From the NCBI RefSeq assembly GCF_036321535.1, contig NC_087437.1:104596001-104660000 (forward strand): 64,000 bases of DNA. The letters are read 5' to 3'. This document shows positions 27,426 through 39,125 of this stretch, piece after piece. Position 1 is the first letter of the stretch. Each line of letters starts with the position of its first letter. Source of the stretch: Camelus dromedarius. Taxonomy: Eukaryota. Made by a program: the position numbers and the translations under genes. The notes under the pieces are model-generated. The model made no database searches, had not been told where the DNA came from, and saw nothing but the letters and a program-made list of their open reading frames with translations.

Positions 27426-27703
27426 TGATGCAGGAAAACAGATATGGGGCATGAGGAGGGCCGTGTCCCAGGCTTCGGTTGAGCCCCTGGGACGTGCCCC
27501 GCCAAGCGTAGATCCTTGGCTTCACGCAGGAAATAATTCAAGAGCGAGCCACAGTTGAGTGAAGGTAGATTTATCCAGAGAGATACATTGAAAGGCAAGA
27601 GAAAGGCCATGAGGTGTGGGGGTTGGGAGCTCAGATTAAAAGTAGGTACACAGTCCATAGACAGAGTGTGGGCTGTCTCCAGAGAGGGAGGGAGAGGGGT
27701 GGC
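27426..27703 (-). mobile_element. 5' LTR portion (R 27559-27703 plus U5 27426-27558), U3 absent
   Basis: R aligns without gaps to 22327-22471 (16 mismatches in 145 nt). U5 ends in ...CATCA a few nt before the PBS. Confidence 0.88.
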
Positions 27704-28314
27704 AGGAGTAGATCTTCTGAAATACTTACGTAGAGTAACATCAAGCCCTTTGTTCCCTTTCTGACTTCATTTCCTATCATCACTAAGGTATTGAAATGGG
27801 AGCAGAAAAGCAAAATCTAGCTCCAAGCTGAGTGGAAGCCAAAGCTGCAGGAGGATGGACCGCGTGGATTATTTAATGCGCGGAGGACTGTGTGCTCTAT
27901 GTCAGAAATCTGAATTTCAGGAGGAGGGAAACTGTCTTCTTTTGTGTAATTTGCTTTGCAGTTGCTCTGCAGAAAGCCATTTCTTAATGGAATCCTATTT
28001 TTCTCAAATGATTCATTGGGTTTGAAATAGTATGAAAAATAGGATTTGTATAGATAACATAAAATTCTCTCTATGTGCAATTATTTATAGATTAACAAAT
28101 CAAAACCTTTAATTCACACACACAAAAAGCACAAACTGAGTGAACACTATCTCTATATTTTAGTATATTTAGTTATGATAGATTAGTGAACTGGCATATA
28201 GAAATAATTAAGAGAAATAACAGAAAAAATATATTTATAAAATGTACCCGTTATAATGAAAGCTTTCAGATTCATTGAGTGATATGTTAGCATTGGTTAA
28301 TGTGATGTAATGAA

Positions 28315-28520
28315 TAATCAGGTATAAGTGAAGCTGCTATAAAAGAGACCTTAGGACAGTGCTTTAAACTGGTTATAATTTACCTCTCACCTAACAACAT
28401 GGCTGATCTGGTAGCTTGATGGTGTCAGGGACCCAGTTTCCATCCATTTTGAGTTCTGTCACTCCCATGTGCTATTGCCCATAGGGTTGATGCTAACCAG
28501 CCAGCTGAAATAAATGAACT
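28315..28520 (-). mobile_element. Old MaLR LTR fragment (MLT1J/K-like)
   Basis: gctgctataaaagagacc...cagtgctttaaac...gtcagggacccag. Confidence 0.45.
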
Positions 28521-29331
28521 GTTGTATCTATAATTGAGTTTTCCTAAGAAATTTTCCAATCACTCTTCTCCGTTAGCAAGGCCCTTTTTAATATCCTGCA
28601 ACAGCTGATTGCCTGATTAATGTCCCATAAAATGCATAACTTGCTATTATGAATGACCTGAATTTTGGCAGGAAAAAGTATAGACAATATGATATGTGAC
28701 ATACTAGCTATAAATTATCTTTTGCCAGCACCGAGTCCATGTTTAAATATGCAAACGTTCATAACAAAAAACCTTCCCTTTTGAATAGTTCAAAAAGATT
28801 TTCTCATAGCTTAAACGTACGCCAGAATGTGTTGCTCTTAATCTCTTATGAAAGATTATATCTGCTTGATAAAACAGTGACAAAATTGAGACTGTCGCAG
28901 TTTTCACATATTGAAAGAGCAGTCTATGTTTTCAATCAACAAAATAAGCTCAGAGTAGGTCACAGCAAAACTGGGCTAGGTACTTTACTTTCAGAATAAG
29001 ATTTTACTGAATGATCATTTCTAAATGCTTGAAGTCATGTTTGATGGGAGAAAATTAGTCAGGAGAGGTATTTCAAACACTATTTTGGATATATAATTAT
29101 CATGTCTCTTTAATGTTTGATCTGAATTACAATAGTGATAAAAAAAAGTCCAAATTTTGAATATCTCTTATAATATAGGTGAATATAGTGAGTAAATGCA
29201 GATAAGACACTTATGTCTGCTGAACAGAATTAGATAACTTCCTAAGAGGACAGGATTATCCCATGCTTCCTTCCTAACTGCCATGAATTATTTTCAAATA
29301 ATTTTAATGTTCAGCTTGTGACTGTTGCAGA

Positions 29332-29362
<31 letters not shown>

Positions 29363-29519
29363 ATTATTAAGACAAATTAAGGAACACAAGCTTAGCTTCT
29401 ACTGTCTGTGATTTTCAGTGTGATTTATATATTTATTATACCACAATAGGGAATGTTTCATTTTCAGAAAAGACATTTTCTTTTGTGAGAAGCTATATAG
29501 CTTCTCCAGAGCTTGACTA

Positions 29520-29700
29520 CATAGGTCAGAATTGTGACTCATGCTGTCACTGATAGTGTGACCTCAGGCAAGTTGATTAACTTCTCAAAGACTTTGTTTC
29601 CTTATTGGTAAAATGGGCTTACTTCTAATAGCAAATACTTCTCAGAGACAATATATAGAAAGGGTTTAAAAGAGTCTGGTAGAGAATCAGAGCTCTATTA
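29520..29700 (+). mobile_element. MIR SINE
   Basis: Core gtgtgacctcaggcaagttgattaacttctc...gtttcctt...gtaaaatggg. Confidence 0.75.
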
Positions 29701-31767
29701 TTATTATTATTGTTTATTATTGATTCTTTATTGTTATTACTTTTACTATTGCTTCTTTAAAGTTTGATCAAACTATAAACAAAAGGAAAAATTAGGACAT
29801 GTTCCTGTAAGTCTAATAATAATTTTATGGTTTGTTTTGTTTTTCCTTCTAGTAAAATGAACTGTTGCTCCTAAAACTAGTTCCTAATAGCCAGTGGTTA
29901 TCTGTTTGAAATCAAAACCTTGGTTACCTTGAAATAATTGTCTCCTGTGTTTATATGATTTGTTTCCTTTTGTTGCCATTGTCCTTTATAGGGATGTGAA
30001 TGTGACAGTAAGCAGGCAAGAGAAGAAATGACCAAAAGGGGGATAAAATGGAAACGTAACCCTTCCCTCTGGAAAGGCAAAGGGTAATAGGTATCATGAA
30101 AGGCCAATAGAAATGATGAGAAAAAATATTGCTCTATTCAGTACATGACATGTCATTCTGAATCTCCTTTCTCACTTCTGAAAATTCACACTCAGGTCCC
30201 TGTGACATTGCAGGTCAGATGCTGGACACAGTCACCCAGACAAGTTGGTCAAATAGGATTGTAAACAATAGTGAAATAGTGGCTGAAATGTTCAAGCAAT
30301 GAAGCAATTTAAAAAAAAAAAAATTTTTCCCTTAAAATTTAGTAATACATTGTGAAAACCTTTTTGGAGTTTTACTATACTTAGCCAGATAAGTGTTTCT
30401 AATATTAATAGTATTAGGTAGAGTTTCTGGGGGAAAAAGATTTTATTCTTTACATTTTATACTGTCTTTGTACATTTACTTCAAAGCAAATATTACGTTT
30501 ATAAAACCTATCATCTTCCCTATGTGAAATAATGCAAAACATATTTTTCTACTTGTTATCTTACTTAGTACATAAGTATATTACCCAGTACAATATTGAG
30601 AAAATAAGTATCAGATATTTACAATACTTATGTCACAGAATCAGCTGTAATTAATGAGGTGTCAGCATGATAAAAATTATGTTAATATATTGGTATAGGA
30701 TTTGCAATTGAATACAGAGTTACTGTAGTGAAATTGTTTTTTCTTCATACAAAGAAAGAGAATGGCGCTATCCATCAAGAGTCCTTAGTTCTTGTGTTAT
30801 TTCACTCCCACAATTTCTCTAAGTCTCAACACTTCCCTGGGCTAAATAAGCCAGTATCACCTGTCCCTACATACATAAGGACAAAGATACTAACTTAAAG
30901 AAACACATTTTGAACACTTTGAGCTAAAAAATACTAAAATCATTCACGTTAATCTGTCATATTAGATTTTAGGGAAATTTATACTGATATCAGCATTTAA
31001 GCACATAAAAATAAATGAAAATGAAAAAGACCCTCATATATATGTATGTTTATATATACTTATTTTATTTACATAGGCTATTACAAGTGTTTTCTTTTTT
31101 ACTGAAAATATAAAAATGTTAATGTTTACAATTCAGTTATATGTCTCCTTGTATTACAATTGATTTATCCTTCATATATAAAGTAAACTTCAATTTACTG
31201 TATATGTTTTATTGCTAAAACTCTCAGAAAACTTGCTTTATGAGGCATTCTATATTTAAAACCTAGTCTTCAAATAAGGAGATTATATTCTCAAGGTCAG
31301 CTAAGCTACTTTCTTTAAATTTACATAAGAAAATAAGAGACCTATTTGTTCTCATGAATTTGCTTTAATCTATTATATTTTCTAGTAAGGAGAACAGTGA
31401 GCTCATATTTGATCATTATTTTCATATCTGCTCCAAGCCTCAAAACAAACTTGGACCCAAATTGAAGGATTTACCAGATTCAAAATATTGTTCTTTTTTT
31501 TGTTGTTATTTTTGTTGTTGTTCTCCTTTTACTGTTTCAGTGTTCTTACTCCTATCCTGCTTGAGGATCTATCCATCTTACTTGTGGATCATCAAAAACC
31601 TCTTCTGGAAGAATATACATGTTGAGAGTATTTACTTGGAGGAATATGTATATATATATATTTGGACATATATTCACCTATGCATACACATCTATGTATG
31701 TATACATACATGTAAATAGATTACATATACATGATAAGATATAGATAGTAATATTGATGATATAGGC

Positions 31768-32005
31768 CAGAGGTAAGTAAACTTTTTCTCTGTAAAAGAC
31801 CATACATAGTTTAAATATTTCAGTCTTGTGGGCCATACAGGTCTTTGTCACAACTGCCCAGTTGTGCCATTGTAATACTGTAATATGTAAGCAACCATAG
31901 ACAATGTGTAAACACAAGTGCATGGCTGAGTTTCAGTAAAACTTTATTTACGAAAACAGGCAGCAGGCTAAGCTTGGCCTGTAGGATATAATTTGCCAAC
32001 CCCTG
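31768..32005. mobile_element. MER58A-like hAT-Charlie MITE
   Basis: Terminal inverted repeats cagaggtaagtaaac...tttgccaacccctg and internal aaactttatttacgaaaacaggc. Confidence 0.85.
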
Positions 32006-32654
32006 ATATACATAGTAGATATAACTACAAAATGGATAGGGATATGTAACAGAACCTGTGTACTCACAAAATACTTCATTTATCTTCTCTCCTAACCTGA
32101 TTTCTCACGTTATATCATGCTTACCAAAACATAATATGATCAGACTTCCAAATCCATTAAGTAGTGGTAGATTCTCATTAATTGCAGGGATTACATTAAT
32201 CCTTTCATGAAAATTCAGGGAAAAACCTGTGTAATTTTATAATATTTCCATATAAATCTTGGAATCACCCTTTAGAATCTTGCACGTGAAAATGATCAAG
32301 ATAAAAACAATGTAAAATTAAATAGATCTAACTATAAAGGATTATTACTAATATATTAAAATTGTGGGTTATATGAAAATAAAACTATAATTGGAAATAA
32401 TACAGCATTCTAGTACTTTTGAAAATTAGATCAATGAAATATGAAATTATCTGCCATGACAGATACACTTTAGCTGGAAACAAATCTAAAAATTGGATGG
32501 GGACTTTGGGGAGAAAAGTTGTTTGATTTAACACCTGAAGGATGAAAATAAGAAAGTCAAGCAAAACAGAAAGAGAAAGTCAGCAAGAAAGACGTAAGGA
32601 CCTGAAAGAAGCCACACTGATCAAATAAACATACCTAGACCACTTAATCCTGGC

Positions 32655-32714
<60 letters not shown>
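32655..32714 (+). repeat. (GATA)15 tetranucleotide microsatellite
   Basis: Perfect tandem array read directly. Confidence 0.97.
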
Positions 32715-32715
<1 letters not shown>

Positions 32716-33189
32716 TAAAAGCAGTTAAACCAAAAGCAGTTTCACTGAGAAATCAATACAATTGATAATCTCTTGTCAGATGTTCTCTTGATCAGGAACA
32801 AGGAGAGAAAATGTACATTACCAAGACAGAAATGATAAAAACTGGAGCATAGAGAAAATACAAAACAAACCACTAACACCAACAAATCTCATGTTAGTAA
32901 TCATAATTAGAAATGGTGGCATCAGTATTGTAATTCTGAGGCAGCTGTACTACCATGTGAAATAAAGCAGACAAATAAACACAGGATATTCTCATTCTAT
33001 TATCTCCCATGTCCTTGAAAATGAGAATTATCAATGTGTATGAAATGTGACGCAAAGGTAATATAGATGAAGTCCTATATAAATTCCATAATTTTTTATT
33101 GGAATGTAAATGGAAATTATTAGTATGTCTCACAAGGCTTTTTTATCCATATAACTTTATCTGTACCTATTCGTCCTAAATCCTATAAG

Positions 33190-34200
33190 GATGTTAAGGA
33201 AAATGATCAGTTCAGATTGTTGTACTGTCCAATTAAAAATGAATTTCTTGGAGAAATAGGTGATTCCATATCTAGGAAAGAAAACGTACAAAATGAATAT
33301 GGACTCTTCTGACACAACAGATAGCAAGATAGCTATTAAGGACCACTAGGGACATGCCGCAAGGATTCAAGGTCCAACCTGCTGAGCCTCCCACTTGTCA
33401 AGGATGGGGAGATTTGAGATTTAATATGGAAAAGAGGTGTAATGGATTGAAACCCATCATAAATTAGTGAGTTCATATTAATGTGAAAAATAGTAATTCA
33501 TGTTTTAAACTGAGTGACATAAAAGATCCAGTTGATTGTGCCAACTTTGCTCTATGAACTGTACCAGAGGGTAACCAGATAGTAGATGAAAGGTAGTATT
33601 ACTTTGCAAAATTATTTCAGCTGAAAAGTGAAAATAAAATGATAGAATTAGATAATCTTCATTTTTAGCTTCCCGTGGAAGATAGAATGAGAAATTGGGT
33701 GTAAATGGCTGGAACAGCAACAACAAAAAGTAAAAGCCAGTAGGCAGACATTCTATGCCTCCTGTTAAAAGATCTATTATTACGTTAAGACTTAATCAAA
33801 TCTTTGTTAGAAATGTGTTAAGCTGCACCATGCGTTGCAATCAGCCTGATTCAGATTCAGGGAATCGTTCTAAGTCAGTCTTCACAGATTCTGAAACAGA
33901 TAAATTATAAAGAAAAGAAAGGGATGGAGAGTAAAAGACACAATAAGCTGAAAAATGGGAAAACGAAATTCTGGTGTCTAACGCTATGCACTTGCTTGAT
34001 AAACGGTAAAGAAATTCAAGTCACGGATTGCTATAAATATCAGGATAATGATTAACTGTTGGAGGGAGGAATGGAGCTGTGATTGGTTTGGAGCACAGAG
34101 AGGGTCTTAGGAATGGCCAGGAAAATGATATCCCTTAACCTACAGAGTGGACACGAGTATGTTTAACTTATTATTCACTGAGTTAAGTAAAGAAAATTCA
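33190..34200 (+). mobile_element. L1MC/MD-type 3' UTR fragment
   Basis: Resembles the long L1MC 3' UTR (ttcttggagaaatag...gattcc; aggataatg...ggagggagaatggagctgtgattgg). Confidence 0.55.
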
Positions 34201-35164
34201 TTTGACTGAGTTATCACAAAATTAAAACAATTAAGTTTGAAATAAAAGTGGTTTTATTTTGTTCTTCCTTTGTTAAATAAGTGTGTCTAATCATGGCATA
34301 GATTTCTTAAGAATAAATGTAAAATATTGACTATTTAATACAATTTCCATCTACCAACCTTACTCTACTTCATTTATCATGTTATTTCCTTATCAAGCAA
34401 TTGGGGGAATAAACAACTAATCATATTTTACATACGAGAACCTAGATCTTAGGGAATCTTTGACAGTCTAGACTTTGACAGTCAAACAATTGAACAGATT
34501 TCGAGAAAGAATACAAATATCGACTTCAATTTAATGTTCTTTACTCTGCTAAGGTTTCAAACCCACAAGGGAAAGTGAGGATGGCGACAACATAAATTCT
34601 GTGATAATGATATGCCATTTTTGGCAGAGTAATTTGTATTGCTCATTAAGCCTCTAATATATGACTTTTATATGCAATTACTAACTGGTTAAAAAACAAT
34701 CAATAAGAGCATTTTCTACCAATTAGTGCTCTTCTCATTAAATATTTAATTGCTCAATGGAACTAAACATCACATGTTCTTCTCCACATAAGATAAAACA
34801 ACATATCTCAGTGAAATGTCATCTCTTACATCCACATTGCTTTCCTTTCATGTTTCAGTGATCTCTTTAACTCTTCTGATTAAGTAACTACCCCGTCATG
34901 TTTTGTTTCAATCTTACCAGATTTTCTTAGTAGACTTCCCTAGGGAATGCTAACAGAAATGTTAAAATTCCTTTTACATAATCAATAATTTTCTTGTGAA
35001 ATTTGTGACTGCAAAACCACATTTTCTGATCTGGTATAAATCTTGATTCCCACAAGTTACTAAAATCTCATTTCCATTTCTTGATGAAAATATTGAATGC
35101 TGTAATAGTAGCTACTTCTACCTATTTGAAAAAGAAGAGTGGAGAATGGAAATCATGTATGAGA

Positions 35165-35384
35165 CAGTGGTTAGCAAACTTTTTTCTGTAAAGAGACAGA
35201 TAGTAATATTTTTGACTTTGTTAATGTCACATTCTCCATCACATCTACTCAACTCTGCCATTGTTGTGCAAAAGTTGCCATTAACAATATGTGAACAAAT
35301 GTGAAGGAATTTTCTGATACAGCAGTTTTTAAATGAAGGTGGCTGGCTGGTTTTATCCTGAGGGCTTCAGATTGCCTAACTCTG
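35165..35384. mobile_element. MER58A-like hAT-Charlie MITE
   Basis: cagtggttagcaaacttttttctgtaaag...ctactcaactctgccattgt...attgcctaactctg. Confidence 0.75.
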
Positions 35385-35459
35385 GTACAGAAGAAAACCT
35401 CTTCCTTTTCTTGCATTCATTTCTTAGCTTGTCCCTTACTTACTTATTTATCCCTTACA

Positions 35460-36120
35460 CGCTTCATTGGTGGTAGACTGGCAATAAACAGATAAAACAA
35501 GTGAATTTAAAGCAAGTCAGGTGGCAATAAATGTTTTGAAGAAAATTAAAGCAAGTGAGTGAGAAGACAGTGTATGCCAAGGCCTGGTTGGGGGGAGCAT
35601 TTTCTATGACGGTCAGTGTAGACCTCACTAATAGGTGACCTATAGTAGAGACTTGGAGCAAGAGTGGGATAAAGTTATCTGAGTGAAGAGAGCATCAGGC
35701 AAAGAAAACCACATATGTAAAAACCATGAGAGCAAAGCAAGCGTATTATGGTTGAGAAACAGCAAGGCAGCTAATACAGCTCAGAGTAAGAGGAAGGGAG
35801 AGAGTGAAGTAGAATCTGAAGTTAGTATAGGGTGTGAGTTGAGGGAATGGCATTTAGGGAGCACATCACATAGTCCCTTGATGGTATTTTAAGAACTCTT
35901 GGTTTCTGTCTTGATAAGGTACAAAGCCACTGGAATTTATGAGTACTGAGGTGGCATGATGTAGCTTTGATGTTTTATATGAATTGCCCTGGTTGCTTTG
36001 TTGAGAAAAGACGGCAGAGAGACAAAAGTGGCAGCAGGGAGTCTTAGGAGCTATTGCAACAATCTAAGTGAAATGTCATGGTGACTTAGGTGAGGGCAGT
36101 AGCTGTGTCAGTAGTAAGAA
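35460..36120 (-). mobile_element. L2 fragment
   Basis: Purine-rich antisense L2 pattern (ttgagaaacagcaaggcag, aagccactgga, gagctattgcaacaatct). Confidence 0.7.
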
Positions 36121-38277
36121 TTTGTATAACCACTGATTAAAATTATGTGGGCTTTTTGGGAATAAAACCAGAAAGCAATTAAGTGTAAGTACATCATTAT
36201 TAAAATTGTCATGTACTATATGAGTCTTTTCACCTTAAGATATTTTGATTTCTTTTTTTTATATAAATTAATATTCCCAAACAAAAGAAAATGCCCAACA
36301 CTCAGAAAAAGATAGGCATCATAAAGTTTAATATATTTTATTGGATTTACATCTGAAAACATTCTTGCTACAATATTTTCAGAATATAAAGAAAAGTGAT
36401 AAGCAATTTTTTTCTTCCTATTTAGACATCAGTTCAACAGAAAGGAGGTTAGAGGAATGTTCCTCGACCCTCCCTCTACCAGATTTAAATAGTACCCTGA
36501 CTGCATAATTGGAGAAATTCTGGTCTGATTAAACTTTCTTTGGATATTTAGCAAAATTGTTTTAATGACTATGCTGGCATTTTTCTTGCATTGTGATCAT
36601 CTTTTGAAAGGTTTATTACAGATATTGAGGAATCTCCAACAATGAAGTATTAATTGAACTTTCTAAGCTGAGAGCTCTTTCATAAATGACTGTCTGTAAT
36701 AAATGTTAATTCATTAAGTAAAGACTTTGCTAATAATAAAATCTACAAAACTTGGATTTTCTTAAATGAATGATAATTTAAGATATCATCATGAGGTCTA
36801 CACATATCTCAATTTCACCACCTGAACAAAGCAATAAAAGAAATGTGTAGGAGGCTCCACTTAAGTTGTAGGAGAATCTCTCAACCCCACATATGAAATA
36901 ATTGCTTTTATTTTAAATTTCTTTAGAAACAGTAGTTGACATTTTTGAATGTTAGTGGATAGCTAATATTCCTCATTACATTCACCTAAAGAAATGTTAG
37001 TTTCCTGTTTAAATGGAATAATAATTTATCAAAACATTCATGCCAACTTTGGAAATGGCAATTTTAGTAGAATCTAAAGGATTTTTGTCTTTTAATTAGG
37101 TGAATTATGATTGTATTAACATATTTTATATTCAGAATGAGGGAACATATTTATTATAATAAATATTACTCAGCTAGAAGTATTTAAATTATTTCTACAA
37201 AAGTTATTTTTGATATTGTTTTACTCAAGGCCATAGAAAAATATTTGGAGAGGAAAGAACATTAAATATATGTGTTGTTGTAAATTAATGAGACGCATTT
37301 CACTACTTTGGATAATGAGGTATTTTGGTTTTCTGTATACCTTTCTGAATAATGATATGCCCCAGTTAAGTCATTCACACCTACAACAATATAATACAGT
37401 TAAGTAGGAAAAAATAATTTGTGTTTTTGAAAGAAAAACAAGAAAAAGATGACTGATGGAGTTTAAAATATTTGTGGAAGGGTTCATTAAGAAAATAAGA
37501 ATAGAAATGTCCTTCAGAAGATGTGGAACATTGAGGTGGCTCTTTTAGCTTTAGAGAATGACCATGAAGAAATGGAAGTTACATAAATGTGACATGCCTG
37601 AAAAGAGATTTACTCTGTTAGATTCAGAATTACTTATGATTCTCTCTGTATTTCTTACTGAGATGCTGGAAGATGGGCTAGAAGTGGAGAGGAACACTGA
37701 AAGGGCAAAGGTAATGCAAGAGACAGTCTGAAAAGAATTTCCATTCTCAGACAATTTGGAGTACAAAATATCATTTTGAATCTTGGATTTACTTTAATTT
37801 TATTAAATTACCAATGCAATTATTTTATTCACAATTGATGGTTATATGAATTATATAATCATAAAGTTTACAATAACATTGATTCTAATTATATATATTG
37901 TTTCTGTACCTACAATATTTAGTAAAAGCCAACTTTCTAAGGAGAGAGAGAGGAGAAAGAAAGAAAGCGAGGGAGTCATTCTAACGTAACCTCAATGAAG
38001 GAGCGCTGCTAGTTTCCTGAGGTTAAAAAATTCTTGACTAAAAATCAAGTAACATCACTTTTTGTTGTTATTTAACTCTTTAGGATAGCTGAACTGAGAC
38101 CTAATTTTATGCAACCTTTCAGCTTAAAAATAGGATTTAGTGGTAGTGCTAAAGTTTATGAAATGCAAAATTTTCACCTAGAGGACAAAAATGTGAGGTG
38201 GGATTGGTTGAGGAGAGCACCTGAAAACCATTGAGGGCACACTTTAAATGAGTGAATGAAGTTAAGCAGATAGAACA

Positions 38278-38520
38278 TGTGGGAAGCAGAATAATGCTCC
38301 TTCTTCCAAAGATGTTTATGACCAATCTCAGCAAAAGAGTATCTGCAGAGGTGGTTAAGTTAAGGATCTTGAGAAAGGTAGAATATTCTGGACAGTCTGA
38401 ATGGGTCCAATGTAACCACAAAGGTCTTTATAAGAGACAGATGGAAACAAAATTCAGAAAAGAGGCTGTGAGGACAGACGCAGAGGTCAGAGTGATGTGA
38501 TTGCTGGCTTAAAGGGGGCC
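38278..38520 (+). mobile_element. MaLR LTR fragment (MLT1D-like), followed by a short antisense L1 piece to ~38635
   Basis: tgtgggaagcagaataatgctcc...ttaaggatcttgag...gcagaggtcagagtgatg. Confidence 0.7.
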
Positions 38521-39014
38521 AAGGTATATACCACATTTCTTAAGACAGTCACTTATTGATGGGCACTTGGGTTGTTTCCATGTCTTGGCTGTTGTTAATG
38601 GTGCTACCAAGAATACTGAGGTGCATGTATCTTTTTAATATGTTTATTTTCAAATTAATTTATATTTATAGTTTTATGCTATACTTCTCAAAATATTTTT
38701 ATTTTATTCAGGCTTAGATAATGTTTTAAAAGGGACATTGTAATGAACAAATGAATTTAATTTTCTTCCAATACTAGCAATATAACTGATAAGTTACATT
38801 GGATACTGAATTTCTTTTAAATCTGGCAGTTAAGAAAGGGCAGGATGAAGGGAAAGTATTGAGCTTGGTCTTGCTAAGTTCATTTTCATAGTGAAGTCAT
38901 GAGGCAAGTATCCCAACACTCAATTTTTGCTGCATCAAGATATTTTGATGACCATCCAAGAAATTGTCAGGAAGCACTTTATAAACACATATCTGACTAC
39001 TTTTAAAATTCATT

Positions 39015-39125
39015 TTTTTCCTGTCTTTTTCTCCCTTTCTTCCCCCTTCTTTCCTCTCTCTCCCTCTCCCCTTCCTCCCTCCCTTCCTTCCTCTTTTCTT
39101 TCCTTTCTTCCTGCCTCCCTTCTCT
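39015..39125 (+). repeat. CT-rich low-complexity polypyrimidine tract
   Basis: Read directly. Confidence 0.85.

Larger units (their letters stand above)
22287..27713 (-). mobile_element. Processed (L1-retroposed) class I endogenous retrovirus: R-U5-PBS-gag-pro-partial pol-env remnant-PPT-U3-R-polyA
   Basis: Gag, protease, RNase H tail and integrase homology in the minus-strand ORFs. A 145-bp R region is repeated at both ends. A T30 tract lies at 22297-22326, and CAGGAGTAGAT is duplicated at 22287-22297 and 27703-27713. Confidence 0.93.

Noticed and set aside
26710..27658. ORFs of 131 and 176 aa in the ERV leader and LTR
   Set aside because: They lie in a GC-rich leader and U5/R where stops are rare, and contain no protein motif.
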